Source: Squalus acanthias (taxonomy: Eukaryota). Taken from it: 64,000 nucleotides of DNA. Shown here one piece after another: positions 1 to 11,644 of the stretch. The stretch covers positions 60,514,001-60,578,000 of the forward strand of contig CM059432.1 of NCBI GenBank assembly GCA_030390025.1. Reading direction: 5' to 3'. Numbering within the stretch: position 1 is the first letter of the stretch; every line of letters begins with the position of its first letter. Below the pieces are notes generated by a model. It had not been told where the DNA came from, did not search any database, and worked only from the letters and a program-made list of their open reading frames with translations. The position numbers were made by a program, and so were the translations under genes.

Positions 1-375
1 AGGCAGAGAAAGGGGGGAGGGGAGGAAAGAACAAAAAGGACGGTCTGTGCTAGAGTGGAAGGCAGGAGAGATTAAATTATAGCTAAAGGAGATGGCAGAA
101 TCATCAACAGCTGCCATGTGAAAAAATAGGGGCATGGTTATAGACTGAAATTGTGGAATTCAATGTTGAGTCCAGAAGACTGTAAAGTGCCTAATCGAAA
201 GATGAGGTGCTGTTCCTCGAGCTTACGTTGAGGTTCATTGGAACAGTGTAAGAGGCCGAGGACAGAGTGGGAGTGAGCAGAGAATTAAAGTGACAGGTGA
301 CCGGAAGCTCAGGGTCACCCTTACGGACTGTTCCGCAAAGTGGTTTCCTCTACATTGGCAAGACCAAACGCAGCA
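1..375 (-). mobile_element. Penelope-like element fragment (GIY-YIG endonuclease C-terminal region, with a short inverted piece)
   Basis: The minus strand reads HFAE...LGLLHCSNEPQRKLEEQHLIFRLGTLQSSGLNIEF, typical of the PLE GIY-YIG C-terminus. The upstream motif GFLYIGKTKR lies on the + strand at ~342-371. Confidence 0.75.
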
Positions 376-390
376 TTTTCTGTTGCTTTT

Positions 391-2883
391 CACCCCTCAA
401 CCTCCTTTGCTCTAATGAAAACAAATTCAACTTCTCCAACCTGTCCTTGTCGCTAAGATCCCCCATCCTCGGAACCATTCTGGTAAATCTCGTCTGCACC
501 CTCTCAAGGGCCTTCACATCTTTCCTAAAGTGTGGTGACCAGAACTGGACGCAATACTCCAGTTGTGGTCTAACCAGCGCTTTATAAAGGTTCAGCATAA
601 CTTTTCTACTTTTGTACTCAATACCTCTATTTATGAAGCCTAAGATCCCATATGCTTTGTTAACCACTCTCTCAATATGTCCTGCCACCTTCAGGGACCT
701 ATGGACATTAACTCCCAGGTCCCTCTGTCCCTGCACACTCTTTAAAACTGTGCCATTAAGTGTATGTTGCCTCTCCCTGTTCCTTCTGCCAAAATGCATC
801 ACCTCACACTTCTCTGTATTAAATTCCATCTGTCACTTGTCTGCCCATTCTGCTAGCCTTTCTATGTCCTGTTGCAGTCGATTGGTATCATAATCACTGT
901 TTGCCACACCCCCAAGTTTGGTGTCACGGCAAATTTAGAAATTCTACTCTGTATTCCAATATCCAGGTCATTTATATATATCAAAAAAAGCATGGCCCCA
1001 GCACTGACCCTTGGGGAACACCACTGTCTACCATCCTCCAGTCTGAAAAACAGCCATTTACCACAACTCATTTTTTTCTGTCCTTAAGCCAATTCCTTAT
1101 CCTAGCTGCCACTGACCCACCTATTCCACGAGCCTCAATTTTGTTAACCAGCCTTCTATGTGGTACTTTGTCAAACGCCTTCCGAAAATCTATGTAGACA
1201 ACATCCATTGCATTCCCTTCATCAATCTTCTCTGTTACTTCATCAAAAAATTCAATTAGATTAGTCAAACACGATCTGCCTTTTACAAATCCGTGTTGGC
1301 TCTCTTTAATAAGCTTAAACTTCTCCAAGCGCCTGTTAATTTTTTCCTTGATTATTGTTTCTAAAACTTTACCCACCACTGATGTTAAACTGACCGGCAT
1401 GTAGTTACTAGGATTGTCCTTACACCCTTTCTTGAACAATGGTGTCACATTTGCCACTTTCCAATCCTCAGGCACCTCCCCTGCATCTAGGTAAGATTGG
1501 AAAATTATGGCAAGCCCTTCTGCTATCTCCTCCCCCAATTCCCTTAGCAACCTGGGATGCAAGCCATCTGGACCAGGCGACTTGTCCACTCTAAGTATAC
1601 CCAGCCTTTCTGGTACATCCTGTCTATCAATTTTCACCCCTTCCATTGCTTATACCTTTTCCACTTCTACCGATATTTTGTCAGCATCCACCTCCTTAGT
1701 AAACACCAATACAATGTACTCATTGAGTATTCTAGCCTTGCCCTGTGACTCTAAGCATATATCACCTTCTTTGTCTCTAATAGGCCCCACCCTGCCTCTT
1801 ACTACCCGCTTACTGTTTACATGCCGGTAGAAAATTTTTGGGTTCCCTTTTATGTTAACCGCCATTCTACTCTCATATTCTCTCTTTGTCAATCTTACTT
1901 TGATCTTCACATCCCCTCTCAACTTATTGTATTTGGTCTGCTTCTTCCTTGAAGAATTCATCTGACATGCATCATACACCCGCTTTTTTTGTTTTATCAT
2001 CTTCTCTATCTCCCTCGTCGTCCAAAGAGCCCTTGCTTTGGTTCCCTTACCCTTCCCTCTTGTTGGAATGTAGCTACCCTGTACTTGGAACATTTGCTCC
2101 TTAAAAATCACCCATTGTTCCATTACAGTTTTTCCTGTCAGTCTTTGGTTCCATTTTACCCTGGCTAGATCCTTTCGCATCCCACTGAAGTTAGCCCTAG
2201 TCCAGTTTAGAAGTTCCACTCTAGATTGTTCCTTGCTCCTCTCCATTGCTAATCTAAATCTTATGATACGCTGATCACTCGTACCCGAGTGTTCTCCCAC
2301 AGACACTTGGTCGACCTGGCCCACCTCATTCCCCAGCACCAGATCCAGCAATGCTTCCTTCCTAGTTGGGCCAAGAACATATTGGTCAAGGAAATTCTCC
2401 TGAACACATGTCAGAAATTCCTCCCCCTCCTTTCCCTTTACCCTAGCATTATCCCAATCGATATTTGGGTAAGTAAATTCCTCCAATATCACCACTCGAT
2501 AGCTCTTGCATATCTCTGTGATTTCCCTGCAGATTTGCTCCCTTACCTCCCACTCACTATTTGGAGGCCAATTGCGTGATCATACCCTTTTTGCTCAACT
2601 CTAACCAAATGGATTCTGTCCTTGTCCCCTCAAGAACATCCTCCCTTTCCAACACTACAATGTCTTCCTTAATCAGCACTGCCACCCCACCTCCCTTTTT
2701 TCCTTCCTTGTCTTTTCTGAACACCTTGTACCCTTGAATATTAAGTGCCCAGTCCTCACCGTTTTTAAGCCACATTTCCGTTATTGCCACAACATCATAT
2801 TGCCACACGGCTAATTGTGCTTGTAGCTCGCCAACCTTATTCACCACACTTTGTGCGTTTACGTACATGCATTCTAAACCCAT
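391..2883 (-). pseudogene. CR1 ORF2 (APE endonuclease + reverse transcriptase), frameshifted and partly deleted
   Basis: Motifs YVNAQSVVNK, VAITEMWL, GGGVAVLIK, LDLVL, KSPGPDGLHPRLL, QHGFVKGRSCLTNL, YIDFRKAFDKVPH and RPQLEYCVQFWSP. Confidence 0.92.
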
Positions 2884-3044
2884 TTTTGAATTTTTCGTAG
2901 TCTTTCTTAGTCTGCTCCTATCTAATATGGTACTATTACCACCTCTAGTACTATCTTATCTAGTAATATCCAACACACTCACTCTTTTATGCACCTTATT
3001 CCTCTTTTCTACTCCTATATGCTGGTGCCCATCCCCCTGCCAAG

Positions 3045-3994
3045 CTAGTTTAAACCCTTCCCAACAGCACTAACAAACCTCCCCGCGAGAATATTGGTCC
3101 TGGCTCTGTTGAGGTGTAACCCGTCCGGCTTATACAGGTTCCACCTTCCCCAGAAACGGTCCCAATGCCTCAGGAATCTAAATACCTCCCTCCTGTACCA
3201 TCTCTCCAGCCACGCATTCATCTGTTCTATCCTCCTATTCCTATATTCACTAGCACGTGGCACCGGGAGTAATCCGGAGATTACTACCTTTGAGGTCCTG
3301 CTTTTTAATCTCTCTCCTAGCTCCGTAAACCTCTGCCTGCAGGACCTCATCCCTCTTTCTGCCTATGTCGTTAGTACCGATATGGACAACGACCTCTGGC
3401 TGTTCACCCTCCCCCCTCAGAGTGTCCTGCAGCTGCTCTGACATCCTTGACCCTGGCACCAGGCTGGCAACATAACATCCTGGAGTCACGTCTACGGCCG
3501 CAGAAATGCCTGGCTGCTCCCCTAACCTTCGAATCCACTACCACTATTGCATTTTCACTCTTTTTCCTCCCCCCCTGTGCAGCTGAGCCACCCGTGGTGC
3601 CGTGAACTTGACTCTGGCTGCACTCCCCGGAGGAACCATCGCCCTCACCAGTACTCAGAACAGAATACTGGTTGGAGAGTGCGATGCATTCCAGGGACTC
3701 ATGCACTACCTGCCTGGTCCTTCTCTTCTGTCTGGCGGTCACCCATTCCCTCTCTGCCTGCATACTCTTAAGCTGCGGGGTGACCACCTCTAGAAACGTG
3801 CTATCCACGTAACTCTCAGCCTCGCGGATGCACCGCAGTGATTCCAGCCGCCGCTCAAGCTCCGAAACCCGGAGCTCGAGTTGCTGTAGCTGGCGACACT
3901 TCCCGCACATGTGGTTGTCCAGGCTACGCGAAGCGTCCAGGACTTCCCACATGGCACAGGTTGTGCACTCCACGGGACTGAGCTGCCCTGACAT
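3045..3994 (-). pseudogene. CR1 ORF1 (zinc finger/leucine zipper + SGNH esterase), frameshifted
   Basis: CTTCAMW..CGKC zinc finger, LQQLELRVSELERRLESL coiled coil, and esterase motifs VVDSKVRG, PGARV, VVVHIGTNDIG, DGLHLN. Confidence 0.9.
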
Positions 3995-5084
3995 GCCTCT
4001 ATTTAATAGACTAAGAACTAACCCAGCAGAAATAAACTTAAAACTTAACAAAAAACACTCCCCAGCTACTCACCAATCAGATCTTTCCCTCTATTTAATA
4101 GGCTATTAACTAACTTAGCAGAAATAAACTTATAAACTTAAAAAAAATACACTCACCAGCTACTCACCAATCAGCTCCTTCCCTTGTGCCGATATCAATT
4201 TTTTTACTCTGACGTCACTTTTTCAAAAACTGCCTCTGTTGAGTTGCTGCCGCTCTTTTTAACTGCTCCGCTCTCGCTGTGCTCCCTCCAGGTCCGCTCC
4301 GTCTGGTCTCAGGCTCCTGCTGCTCGGGACTGCTCCTTTTAGCTGCTCCGCTCTTGCTGCGCTCCCTCCAGGTCCGCTCCCTCCGGTCTCGCTTCCCCAT
4401 TACAAGAAACTCCCCATTACCAACAAAAACTTAAACAAGTCTCATTATCAGCACTTTCCCGATGAAATGTAATGAGCAATAAATTATATACAATTAATAA
4501 CTTGCAGTTAGATAGATGCTTTCCTGTTACAAAAAGCAAACACAATGGCCGGAATTTTCCCAGTGCTAAGTGTGCGGGTTTGGGGGCAAGTCAGCAGTAA
4601 AGATCGCGGAAATTGCCAGTGCGTCGGGAACCCACCGCCAACCCGCAGACTTCCGCATTGAACTCGGGATCATTTCCCAGCATGCCACGGACCCACTCGG
4701 GAGAGGCGGGCGACCTCATTGAAGTACTTAAATGCTTGTTGAGAGTCCCTTAAGAGACTTTTTAACATCAGGTTTTGGCTTTAACTTCTTCAGCACAGGA
4801 TTCACGCACCTCGGGAACCTCGCCTCTGAAGGGGAGGAGGAAGCTCAGTGGCCATTGTGCGAGTCCATTAAGTGACAGCTGGAAAAAACACATTAAATAC
4901 TCACACATTACACCTGCTTCTTTGCCTAATGGAAAGGCTCTTGCTGACACCATTTTGTGCAGAGATTTAGCTGTCAGGAGTTTGCAGGTCATTCGGAAGC
5001 CATTCTCACCACATTGCTAGTCACTATCAGAACATTGAGGGACTGTGCCTCTGATCTCCACTTTACCTGCCATCTATTAGATCA

Positions 5085-5244
5085 TGATGCGGAGATGCCG
5101 GTGTTGGACTGGGGTGGACAAAATTGAGAGGTCGCACAACACCAGGTTATAGTCCAACAGTTTTATTTGAAATCACAAATCTCCGAAAGCTTGTGATTTC
5201 AAATAAAACTGTTGGACTATAACCTGGTGTTGTGCGACCTCTCA
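5085..5244. mobile_element. Penelope-like terminal fragment forming a perfect 56-bp inverted repeat, 13-bp TSD
   Basis: Arms 5123-5178 and 5191-5246 are exact reverse complements. ATCTATTAGATCA is duplicated at 5072-5084 and 5245-5257. The Penelope assignment rests on recalled similarity to shark PLE ends. Confidence 0.75.
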
Positions 5245-5259
5245 ATCTATTAGATCAGC

Positions 5260-6524
5260 ATGGGTGCCGCTTATGCTGTCTCACCTTGGACCTCAGAATC
5301 GGACCACGATGAGCCCCAGCACCAACAACACCAGCCACACCAGCGGCAGCAGCAGCAGCAGCAGCAACAACACCAGCAGCAGCAGCAGCAGTCACAACAC
5401 CAGCAGCCTTCTCCTCAATGACCTGTTGCTCCACAGGAGAGAGAGGGTCAGCACAGGGCTGCACCACGCCGGAGGCGATACCCCCAATGCAGGGTATACA
5501 GGCAGAGGATGAGCTTCCTGGACATGACTGAGTAGCAGTGCTTCAGGAGGCTCAGGCTATCGCACCAGGTCATCGCAGACATGTGTAGCTTGCTAGAACA
5601 AGACCTGCTGCCCAGAGGACCTGGTGGACACGCCTTACCAGTAGCTGTCAAAGTCACCACAGCCCTCAGCTTCTTCGCCTCAGGCTCCTTCCAGGGATCT
5701 GCAGCAGACATTTGCAGGATCTCATAGTCGGCTACCCACAGATGCATCACACAGGTCACCGATGCCAAATTGACAAGTCAGCCACTGATGTAAACTTTGC
5801 CACTGATGAAGCCAGTGTTATTGAGCGAATGCTCGGCTTTGCGGCTCTGGCTGGCTTCCCGCAGGTGCAGCGCATCATCAACTGCACACATGTGGCCATC
5901 AAGGCACCCCATCATCACCCTGGAGTGTTTGTGAACTGCAAGGGCTTCCACTTCCTCAATGTGCAGCTCCTCTGCAACCATTAAAAGATCATGCATGTGT
6001 GCGCCAGATTCCCTGGCAGCTGTCATGACTCTTTCGTGCTGCGCAGGCCACTCTCCCTCAGCTCTTCGCACCTCCTAAACAGACTTACTGGCTGGTTCCT
6101 TGGAGACAAGGGCTATCCACTGAAGACGTGGCTGATGACACCCTTGAGGAAGCCAAGTAATGTGGTCGAGGAGTGTTATAATGACAGCCACATGCCAACC
6201 AGATGTATTGTAGAGCAAGCAATCGGCATGCTGAAGATGCGCTTCAGATGCCTTGGCAGATCTGGAGGTGCCCTTCAGTAGGCACCAGCCAGGGTCTCCA
6301 AAATCATTGTCGTTTGCTGCGTGCTGCACAACATAGCGCAGCAGCGAGGATTGGAGCTGCAGGAGCAAGGCGCAGAGCGCACAGCCTCTTCAGAGGAGGA
6401 GGAGGAGCAACAGGTAGAAGACGATGAGGAGGATGACAAATCTGAGGTGGAGATGGCACCAGGCGCGGCGCACATTGCTGCCCGGGAGTTCCAGGATGGC
6501 CTCATATTGGCCAGATTTATTTAA
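5260..6524 (+). pseudogene. Harbinger (HARBI1-like DDE) transposase, disrupted
   Basis: Motifs [103 protein letters not shown]. Several stops and frameshifts. Confidence 0.92.
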
Positions 6525-6685
6525 CCTGCTCCAGTGCATCCATATGGCTCCCAGATGCTACACTAACTCCCCCCACAACCCTCCATCCAACAACACCACC
6601 ACAAAGCAGTCCTACAATGACCAAGCCATTCCTCTCACCCGAACCTCCATAGCTCGAGGTTAAGTAATGTCTCACCATTCACTCT

Positions 6686-7147
6686 AAAAGACTTGCATTT
6701 ATATAGCGCCTTTCACGACCACCGGACGTCTCCAAGTGCTTTACAGCCAATGAAGTACTTTTGAAGTGGAGTCACTGTTGTAATGTGGGAAACACGGCAG
6801 CCAATTTGCGCACAGCAAGGTCCCACAAACAGCAATGTGATAATGACCAGATAATCTGTTTTTGTTTTGTTGGTTGAGGGATAAATATTGGCCAGGACAC
6901 CGGGGATAACTCCCCTGCTCTTCTTCGAAATAGTGCCATGGGATCTTTTACGTCCACCTGAGAGAGCAGATGGGGCCTCGGTTAAACATCTTATCCGAAA
7001 GACGGCACCTCCGACAGTGCAGCACTCCCTCAGCACTGCACTGGAGCGTCAGCCTAGCTTTATGTGCTCAAGTCCCTGGAGTGAGACTTGAACCCACAAC
7101 CTTCTAACTCAGAGGCGAGTGTGCTACCAACTGAGCCACAGCTGACA
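6686..7147 (-). mobile_element. tRNA-derived SINE, SacSINE1/DeuSINE-like, full length
   Basis: Head TGTCAGCTGTGGCTCAGTTGGTAGC (A box) and GGTTCAAGTC (B box), L2-like tail GCGCTATATAAATGCAAGTCTTT. Closely similar copies at 58066 and 61795. Confidence 0.85.
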
Positions 7148-7273
7148 AGGCCACTTCCCAGGTAGCAGGCAAAAATGGACAAGACGGGAAAGTTGTGCAA
7201 AGAAATAAATTTATGTGCGTCATAAATATAACTGAAATTTAACATTAACATTTTTTCATACACCCATGTGCAT

Positions 7274-9371
7274 CTAGGATTGTGTCTTTTGTCTTTTGCA
7301 CGTGCTTCTACAAGGTGCGATCCCTATGGCTTCAGCAGGCTGCTCACTTCCATGCTGCGACTGCTTTGACACTTTTGGCGGACGTCCTCTGGGTTTTGGA
7401 GCCTGTGAGAGCCCTGCCAAAGACTGCTCGTCCTGCAACTGCGCAGGAGGAAGATTTGGCAATCAGGATCCGAGGCTCTGACTGAGGGGGAGGCAACGGG
7501 GGAGAAGTAGGTGCGCTTTGAGAAGAGCCCCCACTTCCATGTCCCCTGTCAACATCATCCCTCTCACAGGCCACCCGCACTTCCCTGCTAGCAAGGTGCT
7601 GGAGAGCACCTTGCTGCACATCAGTGGGGTGATGAAGGCCCAAGTCTATGTTAATATCCATCCTCGAGATGAGCTCAATGAGTGTCTGCCATCTGTTGTT
7701 CACAGCAAGCATGTTCTTGTTGGACTGGCGCATGTGCTGCTCCATGCAGCTGGCCATCCTTTCCAGATGGTGGTGCTCATGTTGGAGACGGACTCTTCCA
7801 TTCTCTGTACATTTGCACACATCGTGGCTGAAAAAGCTGCCAGAGCCTCATGCAATTGTTGCTGCCCCTCCAAGATCACCCCCTTTCTCGATGGCTCCGA
7901 GGTTTAGCATCTGCATGCAGCTCAGCAGAGCTTGGAGCATCCTGTGCCCTCCGGCAAGGAGTCTCCACTGCTGTCCCTGTCAACACCATCTGCTCTCGGT
8001 CATTTGTGATGTGTGAGACACCAGGTGACAGCATACTCTATCTCGCACAGGACCTACTGAGGTGTGTGTATCTGCGCTGGCTGCGCATGGGTCTGCTGAC
8101 GGTGCACCCTCTGAGGAGTCGTCTTCCTCCTCCGGCTGAACAGTGGGCAGGGGGGTTGGGGGCAGTTGATGGGCCTGTGGGAGAGTAAAGAGATGAATTA
8201 TACGTGTTATGATAAGAATGGGTAATATTACCATTATGCACAGATGACATTTCACTGGCTGCTGACATTAGTCACCATATGAGTGACTGTTGTATGTCAT
8301 GTGGCTGTATGAGATTTAATTCTGTCACCAGGTTGCTGGGAGGTCCCCCTCTCTTCGTCCCCCACCGCCAGCAGCTCTGCAGCTCCAGAGATTTCAAAGG
8401 CGTGCTCCTCTGCTGCTGTCAAATTACATAAGACTGGAGGGCCACCTCTGGTTCTCTGCCTCTCCCTATTGTTCTGGGCTCTCTTCTCCTGCGAGGAGGG
8501 AAAGAAGAGAACTTTGAGTGAGAGTGATGGAATGAGTGTAAGGAATGGATGGGCTACATCTGTAGAGGGTGACTATGAGGGAGTGGTGTGACATTGTCAA
8601 ATCGCCTCCTTCTGTGGTGTTACTTGCTATGATTGCATTAGGATGAAGGTGTCAGTGGTGGTTAGTCAGATGGGGATGTGAGTAGGTACATAGACAGAGA
8701 GGGATGGGTGCACCTGCAAGGTAGGTTGGTGTGAGGAGTGATGTGCAGGGTTAGGCTTGGGAAGGCAGAATGATGGGGTTGGGGTGACACGCACATCAGG
8801 ATGTAGCTGAGTTTTTTTTATTCGTTTTTATGGTATGTGGGCGTCGCTGGCAAGGCCAGTATTTATTGCCCATCCCTAATTGCCCTTGAGAAAGTGGTGG
8901 TGAGCTGCCTTCTTGAACCGCTGCAGACCGTGTGGTGAAGGTACTCCCACAGTGCTGTTAGGTAGGGAGTTCCAGGATTTTGACCCAGCGACGATGAAGG
9001 ATCGGCGATATATTTCCAAGTCAGGGCGGTGTGTGACTTGGAGGGGAACTTGGAGGTGGTGAGGTTCCCATGCACCTACTGCCCTTGTCCTTCTAGGTGG
9101 AAGAGGTCGCGGGTTTGGGAGGCACTGCACTCACCTTTCCTCACCTCATGAGATCATTGAATCTCTTGCGGCACTGGATCCACGTCCTCCTTACGACATC
9201 CCTGCTACTGACCTCCTCTGCAATCTCTGGCCATGCCCTTTTTGTCTCTTTGGATGGTCGTTTTCGTCCATCCCCAGGGAAGAGGACCTCCCTGCGTTCT
9301 CGTACTGCCTGCACCAGCACTTTCAGGGAGGCATCTGCGAATCTTGCCGCTGCCCTCTGTCTTGTCTCCAT
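7274..9371 (-). pseudogene. Harbinger Myb/SANT DNA-binding gene, 3 exons (9371-9135, 8488-8329, 8174-~7274)
   Basis: METRQRAAARFADASLKVLVQAV..WPEIAEEV..RTWIQCRKRFNDL is a Myb/SANT-like domain. GT-AG introns. Basic C-terminus PRGRPPKV. Confidence 0.85.
8813..9127 (-). mobile_element. 3'-terminal fragment of the tRNA-headed LINE family
   Basis: Near-identical to 11645-11955 including the A-tail. Inserted just inside Myb intron 1. Confidence 0.88.
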
Positions 9372-9942
9372 GACCCAAAGATTCCGTAACTTAGAGCTCT
9401 TGAAACCCCTTTCTACACTCCTACATCAACCTTCAAATGAGATGTGTGCAAGACTGCTTTAAATATCAGCGCTGAAAACGAGTCATCGGTGATGTCATCA
9501 GACCTGCTCCATTTAATTGGGCTGGGAAATGCGCATGAGTCTTTCATTTTGTGCCATTAAGTTAAATACGCAGTGCAGAACGTGCTTTTCAAATCTTCGG
9601 GTTCCCAACCCGCTACGCGGCCCGCACGCACCCGACACGACTCCAAGGTAAGGATTCCGGCCAATGACTTGACAGATAAAGGATCAGATTCATCCTTTAA
9701 ATGTCAAAATCAGTCAGTAGCTGTTCTCAACTCGAGCTTTTAATATTTCTTTTCTCCTCTGAGAAGGGTCTGACAAGTTATTCTAGTCAGCTATAATAGT
9801 GCACAAGGTTGCCTGCAAATATCTTCATCTTTTCACTCCTCTCAAAACCTGGGTAAATATATTTCCAGTATCAATCCTAATGGAAGGTCAGTGCTGGAAG
9901 ATTGTTTTTAAGTTTTGGCTTAATGTATTTGCCTCAAACACG

Positions 9943-10022
9943 ACATAGGAACATAGGAACAGGAGTAGGCCATTTAGCCCCTCGAGCCTGTTCCGCCATT
10001 CAATGAGTTCATGGTTGATCTG
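9943..10022 (-). mobile_element. CR1 3' tail fragment
   Basis: CATAGGAACATAGGAACAGGAGTAGGCC terminal repeat, as seen at other CR1 ends in this window. Confidence 0.7.
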
Positions 10023-10534
10023 CAACCTAACTCCATATACCTGACAGATATGACACTACGCCTCTCTTCCTCTCAAACTGGAAGACAACACTAGACTGAC
10101 CCTGGGTGGATTTAAATAAAACGTAAAATTCAACAGTCTCTGCACAGGGAGAAGATGCCTATGGTGTGGAGACAAAGGGCCAATTTAAATAAAAGTTAAA
10201 ATGACCCCAACAGTCTCCGCATATTCCTGGGGAGAAGTGGGCTGATTTTTTTTTAAACAAATAAAAAAAATTGCCAGGCTAGGGAGAAGCAGGTCCAACA
10301 ATAAAAAAAAGCATCCTTTCAGATGGGCCAGTAATAGTTTTTGGTCCAATGGGAGCATGAGCAAAAGAAGTGTGTCCCACAGGGGAGCTGCAGATTCAGC
10401 AGCTAGCACACAAATGACAGCTGCTACAGTGCTACCACTGATAGTAGAGCTGGGCGACGGAACTGAATACATGCTGCAGGGACACCAATGGTGGGTGTAA
10501 GTATAGCATAATAATTTTACATTGACAAAACACA

Positions 10535-10900
10535 TAAGTGGGTAAGCGCCGTGCTACCTTTGCCGGGGCGCTAATTTTAGCGCCCCGAAAAAGTTAGCGT
10601 TCCTGCAGCCGATTTTCCCAGGTAGCGCCCCGAGAGGGAGGAGGGGCGCTACTGGAAGCGCCCCGCGTCCCTCTTGGGGCGCTGCGAGCCAATATCGTGG
10701 CGCTACGTGCCGCGGTACTGCAGGCCTTCCTCCCCTTATTAAAGGGGAGGAGCCTGGCGCAGCGCGTCCCGGCGCACAGCCGAGCCACCAGGGATCAGGA
10801 GTGCCAGCAAACGAGCCTGGCACTCAAGAGGAGTGCCGGGCTCACGGAGAGCAGCCGGCACACCGGCTTCACGGGGGCCGGGGACAGCAACGGGGGCAAA
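10535..10900. mobile_element. Fragment of GC-rich non-autonomous Harbinger-type element
   Basis: High similarity (inverted) to 54230-54500 and similarity to 52808-53120. Confidence 0.75.
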
Positions 10901-11093
10901 CCCATGATTGTTTTCTTTTGTTTGTCCTCATTAATTCATGAAGTTGTTGCTCCAAAGATATATAGTTACATCTAATATATAAAACAAGACTTCATTCTTT
11001 TTTGCTTTTTAATTCAAAAGAGTATTTTGTAATTGAACCTCTGACCTAACCCTTACACAAGCATATTCTATATCATTTTTAAACAAATCATAC

Positions 11094-11191
11094 CTGTTCC
11101 ATCAAGTCCGACACCGTTAACACACAGGTTTGTAGAAGTCATATCACTGGGAAGTTTTTGTTCAGATTCATTTTTAGCTGGTGTTAGATAT
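11094..11191 (-). CDS. CCDC178: CCDC178 coding exon 5 (YLTPAKNESEQKLPSDMTSTNLCVNGVGLDGT)
   Basis: Acceptor TTTTCTGTAG, donor GTATGA, 98 nt, open frame, phase 2 start matching the preceding exon. Direct similarity to the human protein is weak. Confidence 0.68.
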
Positions 11192-11644
11192 CTACAGAAA
11201 ACAGAGTTAGATCAGAATTTGCAATACAAACACAGTAGCCAAGGCTTGACAACATTATCAAATATGAACTGTAATTTTGTATAACATTTTTAAAATGCAA
11301 CTCTTAAAAGGGAAATTGTTTAATTTTGGACAATTTTGTCATATTAAGATATTAGAAAACTAAAATTGATATTTTCACATTTTCAAGTTTGCTCTTTATA
11401 ACCACAAAATTGGAGACACCAGCGGTGGAGCTTCAAACAGCAGGGGAAACAGCGCCAACCTGATTGGAGACACCAGCGTCGACGATTTCCAAAAAAAGCA
11501 TAGTGTGGCATCACAGGACAGCGGGTAAGTGATTGGTTGGTGAGTATTAAGTTTTATTTATCTCTAACCTAGGACAGTGGTTTAAGCTAGGTGCGGGAAA
11601 CTACAAAGTACTGTATTAAATTTATAGCTTAACTAGTTAAACTA

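Larger units (their letters stand above)
391..4420 (-). mobile_element. Near full-length CR1 LINE, decayed, 3' end missing
   Basis: ORF1 and ORF2 fragments occur in canonical order on the minus strand, with 5'UTR tandem duplications at 3998-4180 and 4255-4395. Confidence 0.93.
4547..9662. mobile_element. Complete PIF/Harbinger DNA transposon (transposase + Myb/SANT gene, convergent), decayed, with 3 nested insertions
   Basis: TIR GGCCGGAAT at 4547 and its reverse complement ATTCCGGCC ending at 9662. 3-bp TSD AAT at 4544-4546 and 9663-9665. Both Harbinger genes are inside. Confidence 0.9.

Noticed and set aside
5255..5512. Poly-Ala and poly-Ser ORFs
   Set aside because: Alternative frames of the CAG tract in the transposase.
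10185..10535. Hydrophobic 116-aa ORF
   Set aside because: No recognisable domain or convincing splice or start context.
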